A stretch of 32,000 nt of DNA from Candidatus Methylomirabilis limnetica (GCF_003044035.1 NZ_NVQC01000015.1:30001-62000); one strand, 5' to 3'. Positions 16,864 through 29,737 are shown, counted from the stretch's first letter. Notes: generated from the letters alone by a model not told the origin. Made by a program: numbers and translations.

Positions 16864-17421
16864 ATGTCATCACCCCTTAAAGGCTTAGTCTCCATGCAAG
16901 ACTTCATCCGTCTTAAATCGTCGCTGCCAGTCGCCTTCAAGCCAGGCGCGTCCGTCAGGGGGTATTTTGGGGTAGGTCTGTTTCTATTGACGGCCTTGAT
17001 TGTCCAGCAATCAACCGGGTGGCGGTGGACCTTGTTGACCGAACTGCAAGGCACCAAGACGTATAAGCTCGCTACAGGCCTCGGATTGCTTGCGTGTGTC
17101 CTTTATCAATGGCGCTTTTCTGTGACGCGTGCCCAGGGGGGGCAGCACAATTTCGAGACTATGATGGGTCGCCATAAACTGTTCGGCACCCTGCTCCCTT
17201 TGGTTTTCTTCTTCCATTCCCAAACCTTAGGCTACGGCTATCAGCAGATCTTCAGCCTGACGTTGTTACTTATCTTCCTCACCGGCCTGTTCAATCTCCA
17301 AATCGTCACAATCTACAAGCCTTGGTACAGGCCGGTGTGGATAAGTGCCCATGTCGGATTGTCTATGGCGTTGTTGCTGCTCATGACGTACCACGTCTAC
17401 ATAAACTACGCCTTTAAGTAG
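16864..17421 (+). CDS. Five-helix membrane protein with two 13-residue-spaced His pairs (ferric-reductase-domain-like di-heme b candidate)
   Basis: ATG lies 10 nt after the previous stop. HKLFGTLLPLVFFFH and HVGLSMALLLLMTYH each place two His residues 14 positions apart within predicted helices. Confidence 0.65.
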   Translation: MSSPLKGLVSMQDFIRLKSSLPVAFKPGASVRGYFGVGLFLLTALIVQQSTGWRWTLLTELQGTKTYKLATGLGLLACVLYQWRFSVTRAQGGQHNFETMMGRHKLFGTLLPLVFFFHSQTLGYGYQQIFSLTLLLIFLTGLFNLQIVTIYKPWYRPVWISAHVGLSMALLLLMTYHVYINYAFK

Positions 17422-17768
17422 GGACAGGGTTTGCTGCCTGGCGACCGCCTCGGTGGGTCCTGCGCTTTTCCTTCATTGGCTTTGGGTAGGAGAAAAGGGC
17501 GCTCTTCATGAGGAATTTCGCGTTCGCCTCACACCGAAGCGCGGACGCGTCCCGTCGCAGGGCTTAGCCTGAATCGAATAAAACAATGTCCAGAAAAGCC
17601 TCCCTGGAGATCATTGGCCTACCCTCCTTTCTCTTAAAAGAAGGGATACCACTTTACCTTCAGGGTGGTACACTTTTCGTTACCGCTTTCGGTACATTAT
17701 CGCATTACCGGTGGCAACTATGCGAGGTCAATTGGAACTCTTGCATTTATCAGCACTTACGGAATAGG

Positions 17769-17844
<76 letters not shown>

Positions 17845-17852
17845 CACAAAAA

Positions 17853-17923
17853 CAGCGATTAGCGATTAGCCATCAGCAAGTTACGGTAAACACCCCCGGA
17901 TTCTTCCTGATGGCTGATAGCTC
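17853..17923. repeat. Inter-tRNA spacer hairpin built from heptamer repeats
   Basis: cagcgat tagcgat tagccat cagcaag opposes ttcctga tggctga tagctc. AGCCATCAGCAAG (17868-17880) pairs with CTTCCTGATGGCT (17903-17915), 12 of 13 positions. Confidence 0.7.
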
Positions 17924-17932
17924 TCATACTAG

Positions 17933-18006
17933 TGCGCCCAGGGAGACTCGAACTCCCGACCTACTGCTTAGAAGGCAGCCGCTCTATCCGGCTGAGCTAT
18001 GGGCGC
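17933..18006 (-). tRNA. tRNA-Arg (anticodon TCT), CCA not encoded
   Basis: Reverse complement is GCGCCCATAGCTCAGCCGGATAGAGCGGCTGCCTTCTAAGCAGTAGGTCGGGAGTTCGAGTCTCCCTGGGCGCA, followed by CTA rather than CCA. Confidence 0.9.
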
Positions 18007-18015
18007 CTCCTCAAG

Positions 18016-18095
18016 TAGTCATCAGCAATCAGCTTTCAGCGAGGCGCGCAAAGCATCTCCTAATCTTTCCTGAACGCTGATGGCTGATGGCTGTT
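18016..18095. repeat. Inter-tRNA spacer hairpin built from heptamer repeats
   Basis: CATCAGCAATCAGCTTTCAG (18020-18039) pairs with CTGAACGCTGATGGCTGATG (18070-18089), 18 of 20 complementary. Units are AGCNNTC / GCTGATG. Confidence 0.7.
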
Positions 18096-18099
18096 ATCG

Positions 18100-18176
<77 letters not shown>

Positions 18177-18184
18177 AAGAGAAC

Positions 18185-18226
18185 AGGGTATAGGGGTTAG
18201 ACCCTCTACTCTTGACCCTAAACCCT
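18185..18226. repeat. Inter-tRNA spacer hairpin, GGGTATA/CCCTAAA heptamer type
   Basis: AGGGTATAGGGG (18185-18196) pairs with ACCCTAAACCCT (18215-18226), 10 of 12 complementary. Confidence 0.6.
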
Positions 18227-18232
18227 TTTTTA

Positions 18233-18308
18233 TGGGGTGAACGAAGGGACTCGAACCCTCAACCCCTGGAGCCACAGTCCAGTGCTCTGCCATTGAGCTA
18301 CGCTCACC
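18233..18308 (-). tRNA. tRNA-His (anticodon GTG) with encoded G-1 and CCA
   Basis: Reverse complement is GGTGAGCGTAGCTCAATGGCAGAGCACTGGACTGTGGCTCCAGGGGTTGAGGGTTCGAGTCCCTTCGTTCACCCCA. The extra 5' G is typical of tRNA-His. Confidence 0.9.
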
Positions 18309-18321
18309 ATACGAACCGCAC

Positions 18322-18404
18322 AGGGTATAGGGTATAGAAAACGGAACCCATTCTAACCCACCGCCTCAATCCCTACACCCTAGACCCTCTACCCTAAACC
18401 CTAT
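18322..18404. repeat. Inter-tRNA spacer: AGGGTAT x2 arm opposing a CCCTNNA x5 arm
   Basis: agggtat agggtat aga (18322-18338) opposes ccctaca ccctaga ccctcta ccctaaa ccctat (18371-18404). Confidence 0.75.
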
Positions 18405-18408
18405 TTCG

Positions 18409-18486
18409 TGGTGCGCCTGGCCCGATTTGAACGGGCGGCCCACGGCTTCGGAGGCCGTTGCTCTATCCGGGCTGAGCTACAGGCGC
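18409..18486 (-). tRNA. tRNA-Arg (anticodon CCG), CCA encoded
   Basis: Reverse complement is GCGCCTGTAGCTCAGCCCGGATAGAGCAACGGCCTCCGAAGCCGTGGGCCGCCCGTTCAAATCGGGCCAGGCGCACCA. Confidence 0.9.
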
Positions 18487-18494
18487 GCAAGACC

Positions 18495-18583
18495 AGGGTA
18501 TAGCGTTTAGGGTATAGGATGTAAAGGTACTCCGCAGCAATCCCGTCTCGTCCCTACACCCTAGACCTTCTACCCTAAACCCC
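18495..18583. repeat. Inter-tRNA spacer: AGGGTAT-type arm opposing a CCCTNNA arm; the right arm is near-identical to that of the previous spacer
   Basis: agggtat agcgttt agggtat aggatgt aaagg (18495-18527) opposes ccctaca ccctaga ccttcta ccctaaa cccc (18552-18583). About 45 nt next to the tRNA 3' end are shared with 18370-18408, with 3 differences. Confidence 0.75.
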
Positions 18584-18589
18584 ATTTCG

Positions 18590-18666
<77 letters not shown>

Positions 18667-18714
18667 TCATCCATCTTTCCCAACTCCAGCCGCCGACATC
18701 AACCTTCGATCGGC

Positions 18715-19317
18715 TTAAGCCGCAGTAAGCGAGAGGCGCCGTAACAACGGTTTTGTTTTCTCGATGGCACGCGCACGATGGCTGATTCCATTCTTGACGT
18801 CCGGTGGAAGCGCGGCCATCGTTACGCCAAAGTCAGGGACGATAAAAATAGGATCGTAGCCAAACCCACTATTGCCGTAGGGAGCCTCAGCGATGCTCCC
18901 GTAACAACTCCCATGAAAGATAGACAACTCTCCTCCTGGTCCGGCCACGGCCACCCCACACTGAAAATGCGCCCCCCGCCGCTGGAGAGGCATCCCATCC
19001 AGTAACTCAAGGATGCGCTGATTACGCTCTTGATCAGTGGCTGTCACACAGAGATAGCGGCCAGAGTGAACCCCGGGCTGCCCTCCGAGAGCGTCTACCT
19101 CGATACCGGAATCATCCGCGAGAGCCCAGTAACCGCTGAACTCTGCGGCTGCCTTTGCCTTGGCAGCGGCGTTCTCCGCGTACGTAACGCCGGACTCGAC
19201 CGACGGAATATACCCGTGAAGCGAGGCGAGCGACAAAAAAGAAATCCTCAGATCGCTGAGGATGGCTATGATTTCCTGAAGCTTTCCTACGTTTGCCGTA
19301 GCCAACACCACCTGCAT
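18715..19317 (-). CDS. rdgB: RdgB/HAM1 non-canonical purine NTP pyrophosphatase
   Basis: [16 protein letters not shown]..., [27 protein letters not shown] and ISHRARA motifs are present. GAGG precedes ATG 19317. Confidence 0.9.
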   Translation of the reverse strand: MQVVLATANVGKLQEIIAILSDLRISFLSLASLHGYIPSVESGVTYAENAAAKAKAAAEFSGYWALADDSGIEVDALGGQPGVHSGRYLCVTATDQERNQRILELLDGMPLQRRGAHFQCGVAVAGPGGELSIFHGSCYGSIAEAPYGNSGFGYDPIFIVPDFGVTMAALPPDVKNGISHRARAIEKTKPLLRRLSLTAA

Positions 19318-19353
19318 TCTAGAAACCTCGCCCCCCGATGTCAAGCTACATCT

Positions 19354-20094
19354 TTAGGCCGTCTTCAGGCTGTTGAGATCAGATCCCAAAAGTTGGCGTT
19401 GAAGATCAACGAGCCTGTCGATGCCTTGCGTCGCCAGGTGGAGCATCTGGTCTAACTGGGCCTTGTCGAAGGGAACCTCCTCGGCGGTCCCTTGGATCTC
19501 GACGAACTTTCCGGAGCCTGTCATCACCACATTCATATCAACCTCTGCCATGGAGTCTTCGGCATAGTTGAGGTCCAGCAAGAGCTCTCCATCCACATAC
19601 CCGACGCTCACACCAGCCACGAAATCTTTCAGGAGTGGCCTCTTGATCTGGCCGTTCTCTTTAAGCCGAGAGAGCGCATCTACCATTGCCACAAAGGCCC
19701 CTGTGATAGCGGTGGTTCGAGTCCCTCCGTCAGCCTGAATCACGTCACAATCGACCAGCACTGTCCGCTCCCCCAATCGCGTCAAATCGATCACCGCCCG
19801 TAGCGACCGACCGATGAGGCGCTGGATCTCGAATGTTCGGCCGCTAGCCCTCCCGGTTGCCGATTCCCGAGGTATCCTCGTCTTGGTAGAGCGGGGGAGC
19901 ATCCCATATTCCGCAGTAACCCACCCCTGCCCGGTTCCACGCAGGAACAGCGGAACCTTTTCCTCTACCGTGGCCGTGCAGAGAACTTTGGTCTCACCAA
20001 CCTCAATGAGCAGTGACCCTTCAGCATACTTGAGGAAGCCGCGGTCCACCTTTACCGGCCTATTCTCGTCCATCTTCCGACCATCAATCCTCAC
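19354..20094 (-). CDS. rph: Ribonuclease PH
   Basis: [16 protein letters not shown]...[38 protein letters not shown]...[18 protein letters not shown] is colinear with E. coli Rph as I recall it. GTG 20094 has AGGAG 5 nt upstream. The ORF-track start at 20133 is probably an over-extension. Confidence 0.9.
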   Translation of the reverse strand: MRIDGRKMDENRPVKVDRGFLKYAEGSLLIEVGETKVLCTATVEEKVPLFLRGTGQGWVTAEYGMLPRSTKTRIPRESATGRASGRTFEIQRLIGRSLRAVIDLTRLGERTVLVDCDVIQADGGTRTTAITGAFVAMVDALSRLKENGQIKRPLLKDFVAGVSVGYVDGELLLDLNYAEDSMAEVDMNVVMTGSGKFVEIQGTAEEVPFDKAQLDQMLHLATQGIDRLVDLQRQLLGSDLNSLKTA

Positions 20095-20129
20095 AGTCTC
20101 TCCTTTCGCCTGATCTCCCACCAGCAATC

Positions 20130-20699
20130 TCAAAAGACGTACTGTGGAGATAAAGCCATTCGTGTATTAACATGTCCTGCCAATGTTGAAATCTCCGCCC
20201 CCTCCACAAGGATCTGCACACGCGTGATCTGGACGAAGTTCGAGGCGAGGGTATTCACAATAGAGAAGACGGTGTAGAGTTCCCCTTGAGCGCCTCCAGG
20301 CAGACGATCCCGTAACCTCCTATTGAAATCGACGTACGCAGTCCCGGATGAATCAATAAACAGATTGAGAAGCTGGGCATCCCGAGGGACCGTCGGTGCC
20401 AGATCACCACCCTTCGGCCCATTTACGAGCTCAGCCAAGGTTCGCTTGGCCTCTTCTGTCGTCGTCGTTCCACCTCCAATCTCTCTGGTCTCCTCGTGGA
20501 ACGAGTTGCCGTCACTGGTTAAAAAGAAGAGCGCTACGTTTTTTCTCCCATTTTCAAACGTCGGCTTCATCGGCTCTGAGGCGGTACGTTGGACAGCGGG
20601 TCTGTTCACCGTGACCGATTCGTTGTTCCAAAGAGCGATCGCACCGACGATCACCACCAGCAAAGCGATGGATACGGTCGCAGTCTTGAGGTTGCGCAT
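20130..20699 (-). CDS. GerMN-domain lipoprotein/secreted protein
   Basis: N-terminal anchor [18 protein letters not shown]. The pattern continues [10 protein letters not shown]...[16 protein letters not shown]...[17 protein letters not shown]...[16 protein letters not shown]...[17 protein letters not shown], typical of GerM-like domains that often follow amidase genes. Confidence 0.6.
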   Translation of the reverse strand: MRNLKTATVSIALLVVIVGAIALWNNESVTVNRPAVQRTASEPMKPTFENGRKNVALFFLTSDGNSFHEETREIGGGTTTTEEAKRTLAELVNGPKGGDLAPTVPRDAQLLNLFIDSSGTAYVDFNRRLRDRLPGGAQGELYTVFSIVNTLASNFVQITRVQILVEGAEISTLAGHVNTRMALSPQYVF

Positions 20700-20701
20700 T
20701 G

Positions 20702-22348
20702 TTATTTGAGGCTGAAGGCTGAAGACTGAAGGCTGATAGGTGAAGGCACAGACATCGCACCTACCCGTTTTTCATATCTTGCCTTAAACTGGCCGATGCC
20801 GGCCAGCAGGGCCTCAGCGATCTGTTGTCGATACGCCTCTTGATTAAGTTTTTGCTCTTCCTGCAGGTTCGTGATAAAGGCCACCTCTACGAGGACCGAC
20901 GGCATCGCAGCCCCGATTAGAACGAAGAAGGGTGCCGACTTCACCCCGCGATTGTCTACCCTGAGACTCTGCCCGAGTTCGTTCAGGAGCAGTTCTGCTA
21001 ACTCACTGGATTCCCTGACGTAGAACGTTTGGGTTAGATCCCAAAGGACGCTTTTCAAGCCTCGCTGCGCATCCTGGCCGACGCCCTCGAGGTTGAGGGC
21101 GGTATTTTCTCTGACGGCAGAAGCCTTTGCGCCCAGATCGGATGGTTCACGGCTCAAGAAATAGGTTTCTACACCGACAGCAAGACTCCTGGGAGCTGCG
21201 TTGACGTGCAAACTGACGAAAAAATCTGCTCGGTGTCGATTGGCGATCATTGTCCGTCTCTCAAGCGGGACAAAGACATCCTCCGTCCGAGTCATGATGA
21301 CCTTCAACCCAAGACTCTCTTCAATCAATCGCTGTAACCTGAGACCGATATCAAGGGTAATATCTTTCTCCTTCACTCCCGACTGGCCGATCGCACCAGG
21401 ATCTCTTCCTCCATGGCCGGGATCGATCACCACTGTCTTAACGATGTGTTCCGGCGGCAATACGCCGGACGGCTCAGCCGGCTCGACATCTCGAGTAATG
21501 GGTTTTGGGTGGCCTACTCGTCCAGATGGCGTTTTCGTCGCGGTATCGGTTTGTCGCGAATTCAGCTCCAGCCCTTCGCGTGGAAAGAGATCGACTACAA
21601 TCCGGTCAGGGCTCTCCACAGCGAATACCTTGCTCCACAAACGGCGCCCTGCCCCATGGATCGTGATCTGACTATCACGACCAATCTGCCGAGTTTCAAT
21701 TGAGGACACAAGCCCATCGGAGACCTGGCTGGATTGGATTACGGGGCTTGCGACCGAGCGCTTTACCTCCAGAACAACTCGTCCTGATACGCCATCCTCA
21801 ACAAGGACGAAATCGTGTGGTCGCGTGCCTTCCAGGACAACTCGGGTATGATCCGGATATGTACGAAATCGCAAGGCGCGCAGCGAGTACACTATTTCGT
21901 CGATCCTAGCCACCCGCGCCTCAGGATCCCAGTTGACTCGGCTTTCACCATATCGTGCGCTCAGCGCAATTGGCAGGAGCTCGAGTGGAACGATCACTTT
22001 CCCTCCGAACATCCGAGGCGGCAGCGAGAGCGGGACGACGGTTTTTCCAACTCGAACTTCGGAAGAACCGACTGTGACTAAAAGAGAGGAATTCCCAAGC
22101 TGAATTCGATAGCTTCGCTGCTTTCGCACTTGCTCCACAGGCTTTCCTACGGCCCTCGCAAGACCCGCTAGCGACACATATTCAGCACCGTAAACCCTTA
22201 CTAATGCAAGGGCTATGGATTCCTTCTCGAGATATAGCCTTACCTGGGCCGCCTCAACAGAGGACATGCGCGTAGCCGCAATCACTATAGCCCAAATTAA
22301 TACGGCTCGCTTTGCCGAAGATACTTGAATTCGCCTCTTCAAGCTCAA
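20702..22348 (-). CDS. amiC: N-acetylmuramoyl-L-alanine amidase (AmiC-like, with N-terminal AMIN-type region); start codon uncertain
   Basis: Amidase_3 motifs are VVIDPGHGGRDPGAIG, ADFFVSLHVNA and PSVLVEVAFITN. A signal-like N-terminus is present. Only TTG starts are available at 22348 and 22342. The last ~14 codons are encoded by a heptamer repeat tract. Confidence 0.85.
   Translation of the reverse strand: MSLKRRIQVSSAKRAVLIWAIVIAATRMSSVEAAQVRLYLEKESIALALVRVYGAEYVSLAGLARAVGKPVEQVRKQRSYRIQLGNSSLLVTVGSSEVRVGKTVVPLSLPPRMFGGKVIVPLELLPIALSARYGESRVNWDPEARVARIDEIVYSLRALRFRTYPDHTRVVLEGTRPHDFVLVEDGVSGRVVLEVKRSVASPVIQSSQVSDGLVSSIETRQIGRDSQITIHGAGRRLWSKVFAVESPDRIVVDLFPREGLELNSRQTDTATKTPSGRVGHPKPITRDVEPAEPSGVLPPEHIVKTVVIDPGHGGRDPGAIGQSGVKEKDITLDIGLRLQRLIEESLGLKVIMTRTEDVFVPLERRTMIANRHRADFFVSLHVNAAPRSLAVGVETYFLSREPSDLGAKASAVRENTALNLEGVGQDAQRGLKSVLWDLTQTFYVRESSELAELLLNELGQSLRVDNRGVKSAPFFVLIGAAMPSVLVEVAFITNLQEEQKLNQEAYRQQIAEALLAGIGQFKARYEKRVGAMSVPSPISLQSSAFSLK
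20709..20747. repeat. Heptamer tandem repeat (AGGCTGA x about 5) at the amiC/gerMN junction
   Basis: aggctga aggctga agactga aggctga taggtga aggc. On the minus strand it encodes the amiC tail ...SPISLQSSAFSLK*. Confidence 0.7.
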
Positions 22349-22459
22349 GTCAGTTCTCTCATCCTACAGCAGCGCACCAGCAAGTTCGAACATCCTCTGA
22401 AAGGAATTATGCCCCTGCGTCCCGGTGTTGTGAAACGCATAGGGCCAACCCGGAAAGAC

Positions 22460-22495
22460 AAAAAGCTCACACGTAATGTTACGTGTGAGCTTTTT
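22460..22495 (-). terminator. Symmetric (bidirectional) rho-independent terminator ending the rrn operon
   Basis: AAAAAGCTCACACGTAA-tgt-TACGTGTGAGCTTTTT. The stem is perfect with A and T runs on both sides. It lies 8 nt downstream of 5S. Confidence 0.85.
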
Positions 22496-22502
22496 AAAAT
22501 GC

Positions 22503-22620
22503 TCCTGGCGGCGACCTACTCTCCCACGCAGTTGCCCACGTAGTACCATCGGCGCTGGAGGACTTCACTTCCGTGTTCGGGATGGGAACGGGTGTTTCCC
22601 CTCCGCTATAGCCACCAGGA
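22503..22620 (-). rRNA. rrf: 5S ribosomal RNA
   Basis: Reverse complement is TCCTGGTGGCTATAGCGGAGGGGAAACACCCGTTCCCATCCCGAACACGGAAGTGAAGTCCTCCAGCGCCGATGGTACTACGTGGGCAACTGCGTGGGAGAGTAGGTCGCCGCCAGGA. Helix I pairs end to end. Confidence 0.95.
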
Positions 22621-22689
22621 ACCTTGCAAGAAGTTTTCCGAGTTCTTATAACTTATCGTCGAGTCAACACATTGCTTCTCAATACTGAT

Positions 22690-23010
22690 CTATGGGACTG
22701 AACTAACCCAAATTCTATCCTTAATTCTAGCGAATTGTTTGCGTCCCAGCACCTTCTTACCAATCACTTGGTCAAGCTTACGATATGGTCGGTGTCGAAC
22801 GATTCGCTCGGCTGCTTCTTTCCCAATACCAGGAAGCTTCGAAAGCTCTCGAACTGTCGCTGCATTCAGATCAGTCTTACGCAGTGTTGACTTGCTAGTG
22901 GCAGTGATCTCTTTGGGCGTTGTATGCCTAGTGGGTTCAGACCCTACGCCAAAAGCCGCGAGGCCTATCGCCACGATAATGCATATGACCACACAAGCGA
23001 TCCGTTTCAT
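22690..23010 (-). CDS. ComEA-like helix-hairpin-helix DNA-binding protein with N-terminal anchor/signal, located in the 23S-5S spacer
   Basis: MKRIACVVICIIVAIGLAAF is followed by LNAATVRELSKLPGIGKEAAERIVRHRPYRKLDQVIG (HhH motif). A GTG at 23013 is an alternative start. There is no strong SD. Same strand as the rRNAs. Confidence 0.7.
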   Translation of the reverse strand: MKRIACVVICIIVAIGLAAFGVGSEPTRHTTPKEITATSKSTLRKTDLNAATVRELSKLPGIGKEAAERIVRHRPYRKLDQVIGKKVLGRKQFARIKDRIWVSSVP

Positions 23011-23043
23011 CACCAGGAATCCAGAATAGAGTTAAGAAATAAT

Positions 23044-26070
<3,027 letters not shown>

Positions 26071-26127
26071 CCAATTATTACCTAACTCGAGGTCTGTATT
26101 CATTGGAGACACGGATCGTTTATTCAA

Positions 26128-26140
26128 TTGTCAAAGAGCA
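26128..26140 (-). promoter_or_regulatory. boxA-like antitermination element in the 16S-23S spacer
   Basis: The minus strand reads TGCTCTTTGACAA, compare E. coli rrn boxA TGCTCTTTAACAA. The same 13-mer occurs in the 16S leader. Confidence 0.65.
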
Positions 26141-26213
26141 CCGCGAGCTATGCTCGCGTTAACTAATTCAAACTAGCTTTTGCTATGTGCAATAAGTTCC
26201 CGAAGTTCCCACT

Positions 26214-26289
26214 TGGTGGAGATGAGCGGAATCGAACCGCTGACCCCCTGCTTGCAAAGCAGGTGCTCTCCCGACTGAGCTACATCCCC
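26214..26289 (-). tRNA. tRNA-Ala (anticodon TGC) in the ITS
   Basis: Reverse complement is GGGGATGTAGCTCAGTCGGGAGAGCACCTGCTTTGCAAGCAGGGGGTCAGCGGTTCGATTCCGCTCATCTCCACCA. The G3:U70 identity pair is present. Confidence 0.95.
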
Positions 26290-26363
26290 CACACGCACTG
26301 CGGATATCGGATAAACGATACCGAACGTTGCTCAAAATAATAATTCCGCTATCCGAAATGGAA

Positions 26364-26440
26364 TGGTGGGCCTTCCTGGGATCGAACCAGAGACCTCACG
26401 CTTATCAAGCGTGCGCTCTAACCAGCTGAGCTAAAGGCCC
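26364..26440 (-). tRNA. tRNA-Ile (anticodon GAT) in the ITS
   Basis: Reverse complement is GGGCCTTTAGCTCAGCTGGTTAGAGCGCACGCTTGATAAGCGTGAGGTCTCTGGTTCGATCCCAGGAAGGCCCACCA. Confidence 0.95.
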
Positions 26441-26598
26441 CTTCGACAAAACACAAAGTAAACACTATACAAGACCCCAAGACGCCACCGATATCACCAA
26501 CTTATCGATCGCACCTCGGACTCTCCTATAGAAAAAGAAAAAATATTGTTGCTACCGACCTGGGGTAAATTGACCTAGGAGATTAATGGTACTCCTTA

Positions 26599-28160
<1,562 letters not shown>

Positions 28161-28260
28161 GGAACGTACATAGTAGTAGCCTACAAGCAGGTTTCCCGTT
28201 ACCGAGTCACCCACTCTGGCTGAATTCATTCGCCATCAAGTCAGTAGCAACAATATTCTA

Positions 28261-28273
28261 TTGTCAAAGAGCA
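28261..28273 (-). promoter_or_regulatory. boxA-like antitermination element in the rrn leader
   Basis: The minus strand reads TGCTCTTTGACAA about 100 nt upstream of 16S. It is identical to the copy at 26128-26140. Confidence 0.65.
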
Positions 28274-28317
28274 AGCATCAAGGCATTCCGCCATTGCCAC
28301 TCATCTAGCTCGTATCT

Positions 28318-28346
28318 AATGTAAGTCATCGAGCCGCAAGTGTCAA
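28318..28346 (-). promoter_or_regulatory. Candidate rrn sigma70 promoter
   Basis: The minus strand reads TTGACA (28346-28341), a 17-nt spacer, then TACATT (28323-28318). This is about 160 nt upstream of mature 16S. Confidence 0.55.
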
Positions 28347-28399
28347 TGGCATACAGCGACAATCACGATTTGGAAGATACAGCAACTACCCTATAGCTG

Positions 28400-29644
28400 T
28401 CAAGTGTTATTTAGTGGTTGAGCGTTCTTTTTAACCTTCCGAAAAAATCGCTTTCCCACTCTCAGCAAGTGTTCCTGATCTATCGAGATCTTCGCATGTT
28501 CATCCCGTACGACTTCCCCATCAAGGCTGACGCCACCCTGACGGATGAGCCGCCTAGCGTCTGAGAGGCTCCTCGCCCCCCCTGATTCCTTAATCAACCA
28601 CACGACATCAACGGCGGATATCTCATCTACTATGAACACATTGATGTTGTCCGGTAGCCCCTTTTCTCTGAATATTCGATCGAACTCGCGAGTCGCCTCC
28701 TCGCCAGCCCTCTCTCCATGATAGAGCGCAACCAGCTTCCTGGCCACCTCTGCTTTAGCTGTCCTGGGATGAAGCGTGCCAAGCTTTAGCCCCTCATCCA
28801 TTGCCGCTATAGCCTCCGGCGACATTCCGGCCACCAGCTCGGCATATTTCACAATGAGCGCATCAGGAATCGACATCGTCTTCCCGTATACCTCCTTGGC
28901 TGGCTCTTCAATCCCAATGTAGTTGCCGAGGCTCTTGCTCATCTTTTGAACCCCATCGGTTCCTTCAAGCAGGGGCGTGATGATCGCAACCTGAGGCTCC
29001 TGGCCATGATCCCGCTGCAGCTCCCGTCCCACAAGGAGGTTAAACTTTTGATCGGTACCACCCAACTCGACATCGGCCCTGAGTACCACGGAGTCATGCC
29101 CTTGAGCCAGCGGGTAGAGGAACTCATGGACGCCAATTGGTCGCCCCTCCCGGTAGCGCTTTTGAAAATCGTCCCGTTCCAGGATCCGAGCAACCGTGTA
29201 CTGCGCCGCCAGGCGGATCACGTGGGCAAAGTCCATTCGACTCAGCCATTCACTGTTGAAACGGATCTCCGTTCGGCCTTGATCGAGGATCTGAAAGATC
29301 TGCCTCTTATAGGTTTCCGCGTTGGCCTGAATCTCCTCAACGCTCAGCGGCTTGCGAGTCTCTGATCTGCCAGTCGGGTCGCCGATCATCCCGGTGAAAT
29401 CGCCAATCAGGAAGATCACCTGATGGCCAAGATCCTGAAACTGGCGCAGTTTTCTCAGTACGACCGTGTGACCAAGGTGTAGGTCAGGCGCTGAGGGGTC
29501 GGCGCCGAGCTTGACGCGCAGCGGGACGCCCGTCCGCAGTGAGCGCTCTAACTTCCCGAGCAGCTCTTCCTCGGAAATGATCTCCACCGCGCCTCGCCGG
29601 AGGACACGAAGTTGCTCATAGGCTCGCGCTTTCACATCGTCCAT
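28400..29644 (-). CDS. tyrS: Tyrosine--tRNA ligase
   Basis: Class I signatures HLGH ([10 protein letters not shown]) and KMSKSLGN are present, with a C-terminal S4-like domain ([15 protein letters not shown]). ATG 29644 (MDDVKARAY...) is preferred over the longer ORF-track start. Confidence 0.9.
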   Translation of the reverse strand: MDDVKARAYEQLRVLRRGAVEIISEEELLGKLERSLRTGVPLRVKLGADPSAPDLHLGHTVVLRKLRQFQDLGHQVIFLIGDFTGMIGDPTGRSETRKPLSVEEIQANAETYKRQIFQILDQGRTEIRFNSEWLSRMDFAHVIRLAAQYTVARILERDDFQKRYREGRPIGVHEFLYPLAQGHDSVVLRADVELGGTDQKFNLLVGRELQRDHGQEPQVAIITPLLEGTDGVQKMSKSLGNYIGIEEPAKEVYGKTMSIPDALIVKYAELVAGMSPEAIAAMDEGLKLGTLHPRTAKAEVARKLVALYHGERAGEEATREFDRIFREKGLPDNINVFIVDEISAVDVVWLIKESGGARSLSDARRLIRQGGVSLDGEVVRDEHAKISIDQEHLLRVGKRFFRKVKKNAQPLNNT

Positions 29645-29737
29645 CTGTAGTTTCTCCGCCAGGTTGGTGGATGCCTTTTTAGCACAATGGATCGTTCGCT
29701 GCAATCCCAAACTCCTCTTCCTCGTGGTCTCTACTCA

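Noticed and set aside
14361-17768. Classical tRNA-integrated genomic island next to tRNA-Lys
   Set aside because: No integrase or recombinase gene is present. I could not find a direct repeat of the tRNA-Lys 3' end; only a weak GAATTGA match near 14446. The accessory nature rests on composition and the nifS relic alone, so it is kept as a low-confidence inference inside other findings.
22621-22689. Independent promoter for 5S downstream of the inserted ORF (TTGACT ... TATAAG)
   Set aside because: The spacing between the -35-like and -10-like hexamers is only 11 nt, and the alternative pairings have poor -10 boxes. Read-through from the rrn promoter is the simpler explanation.
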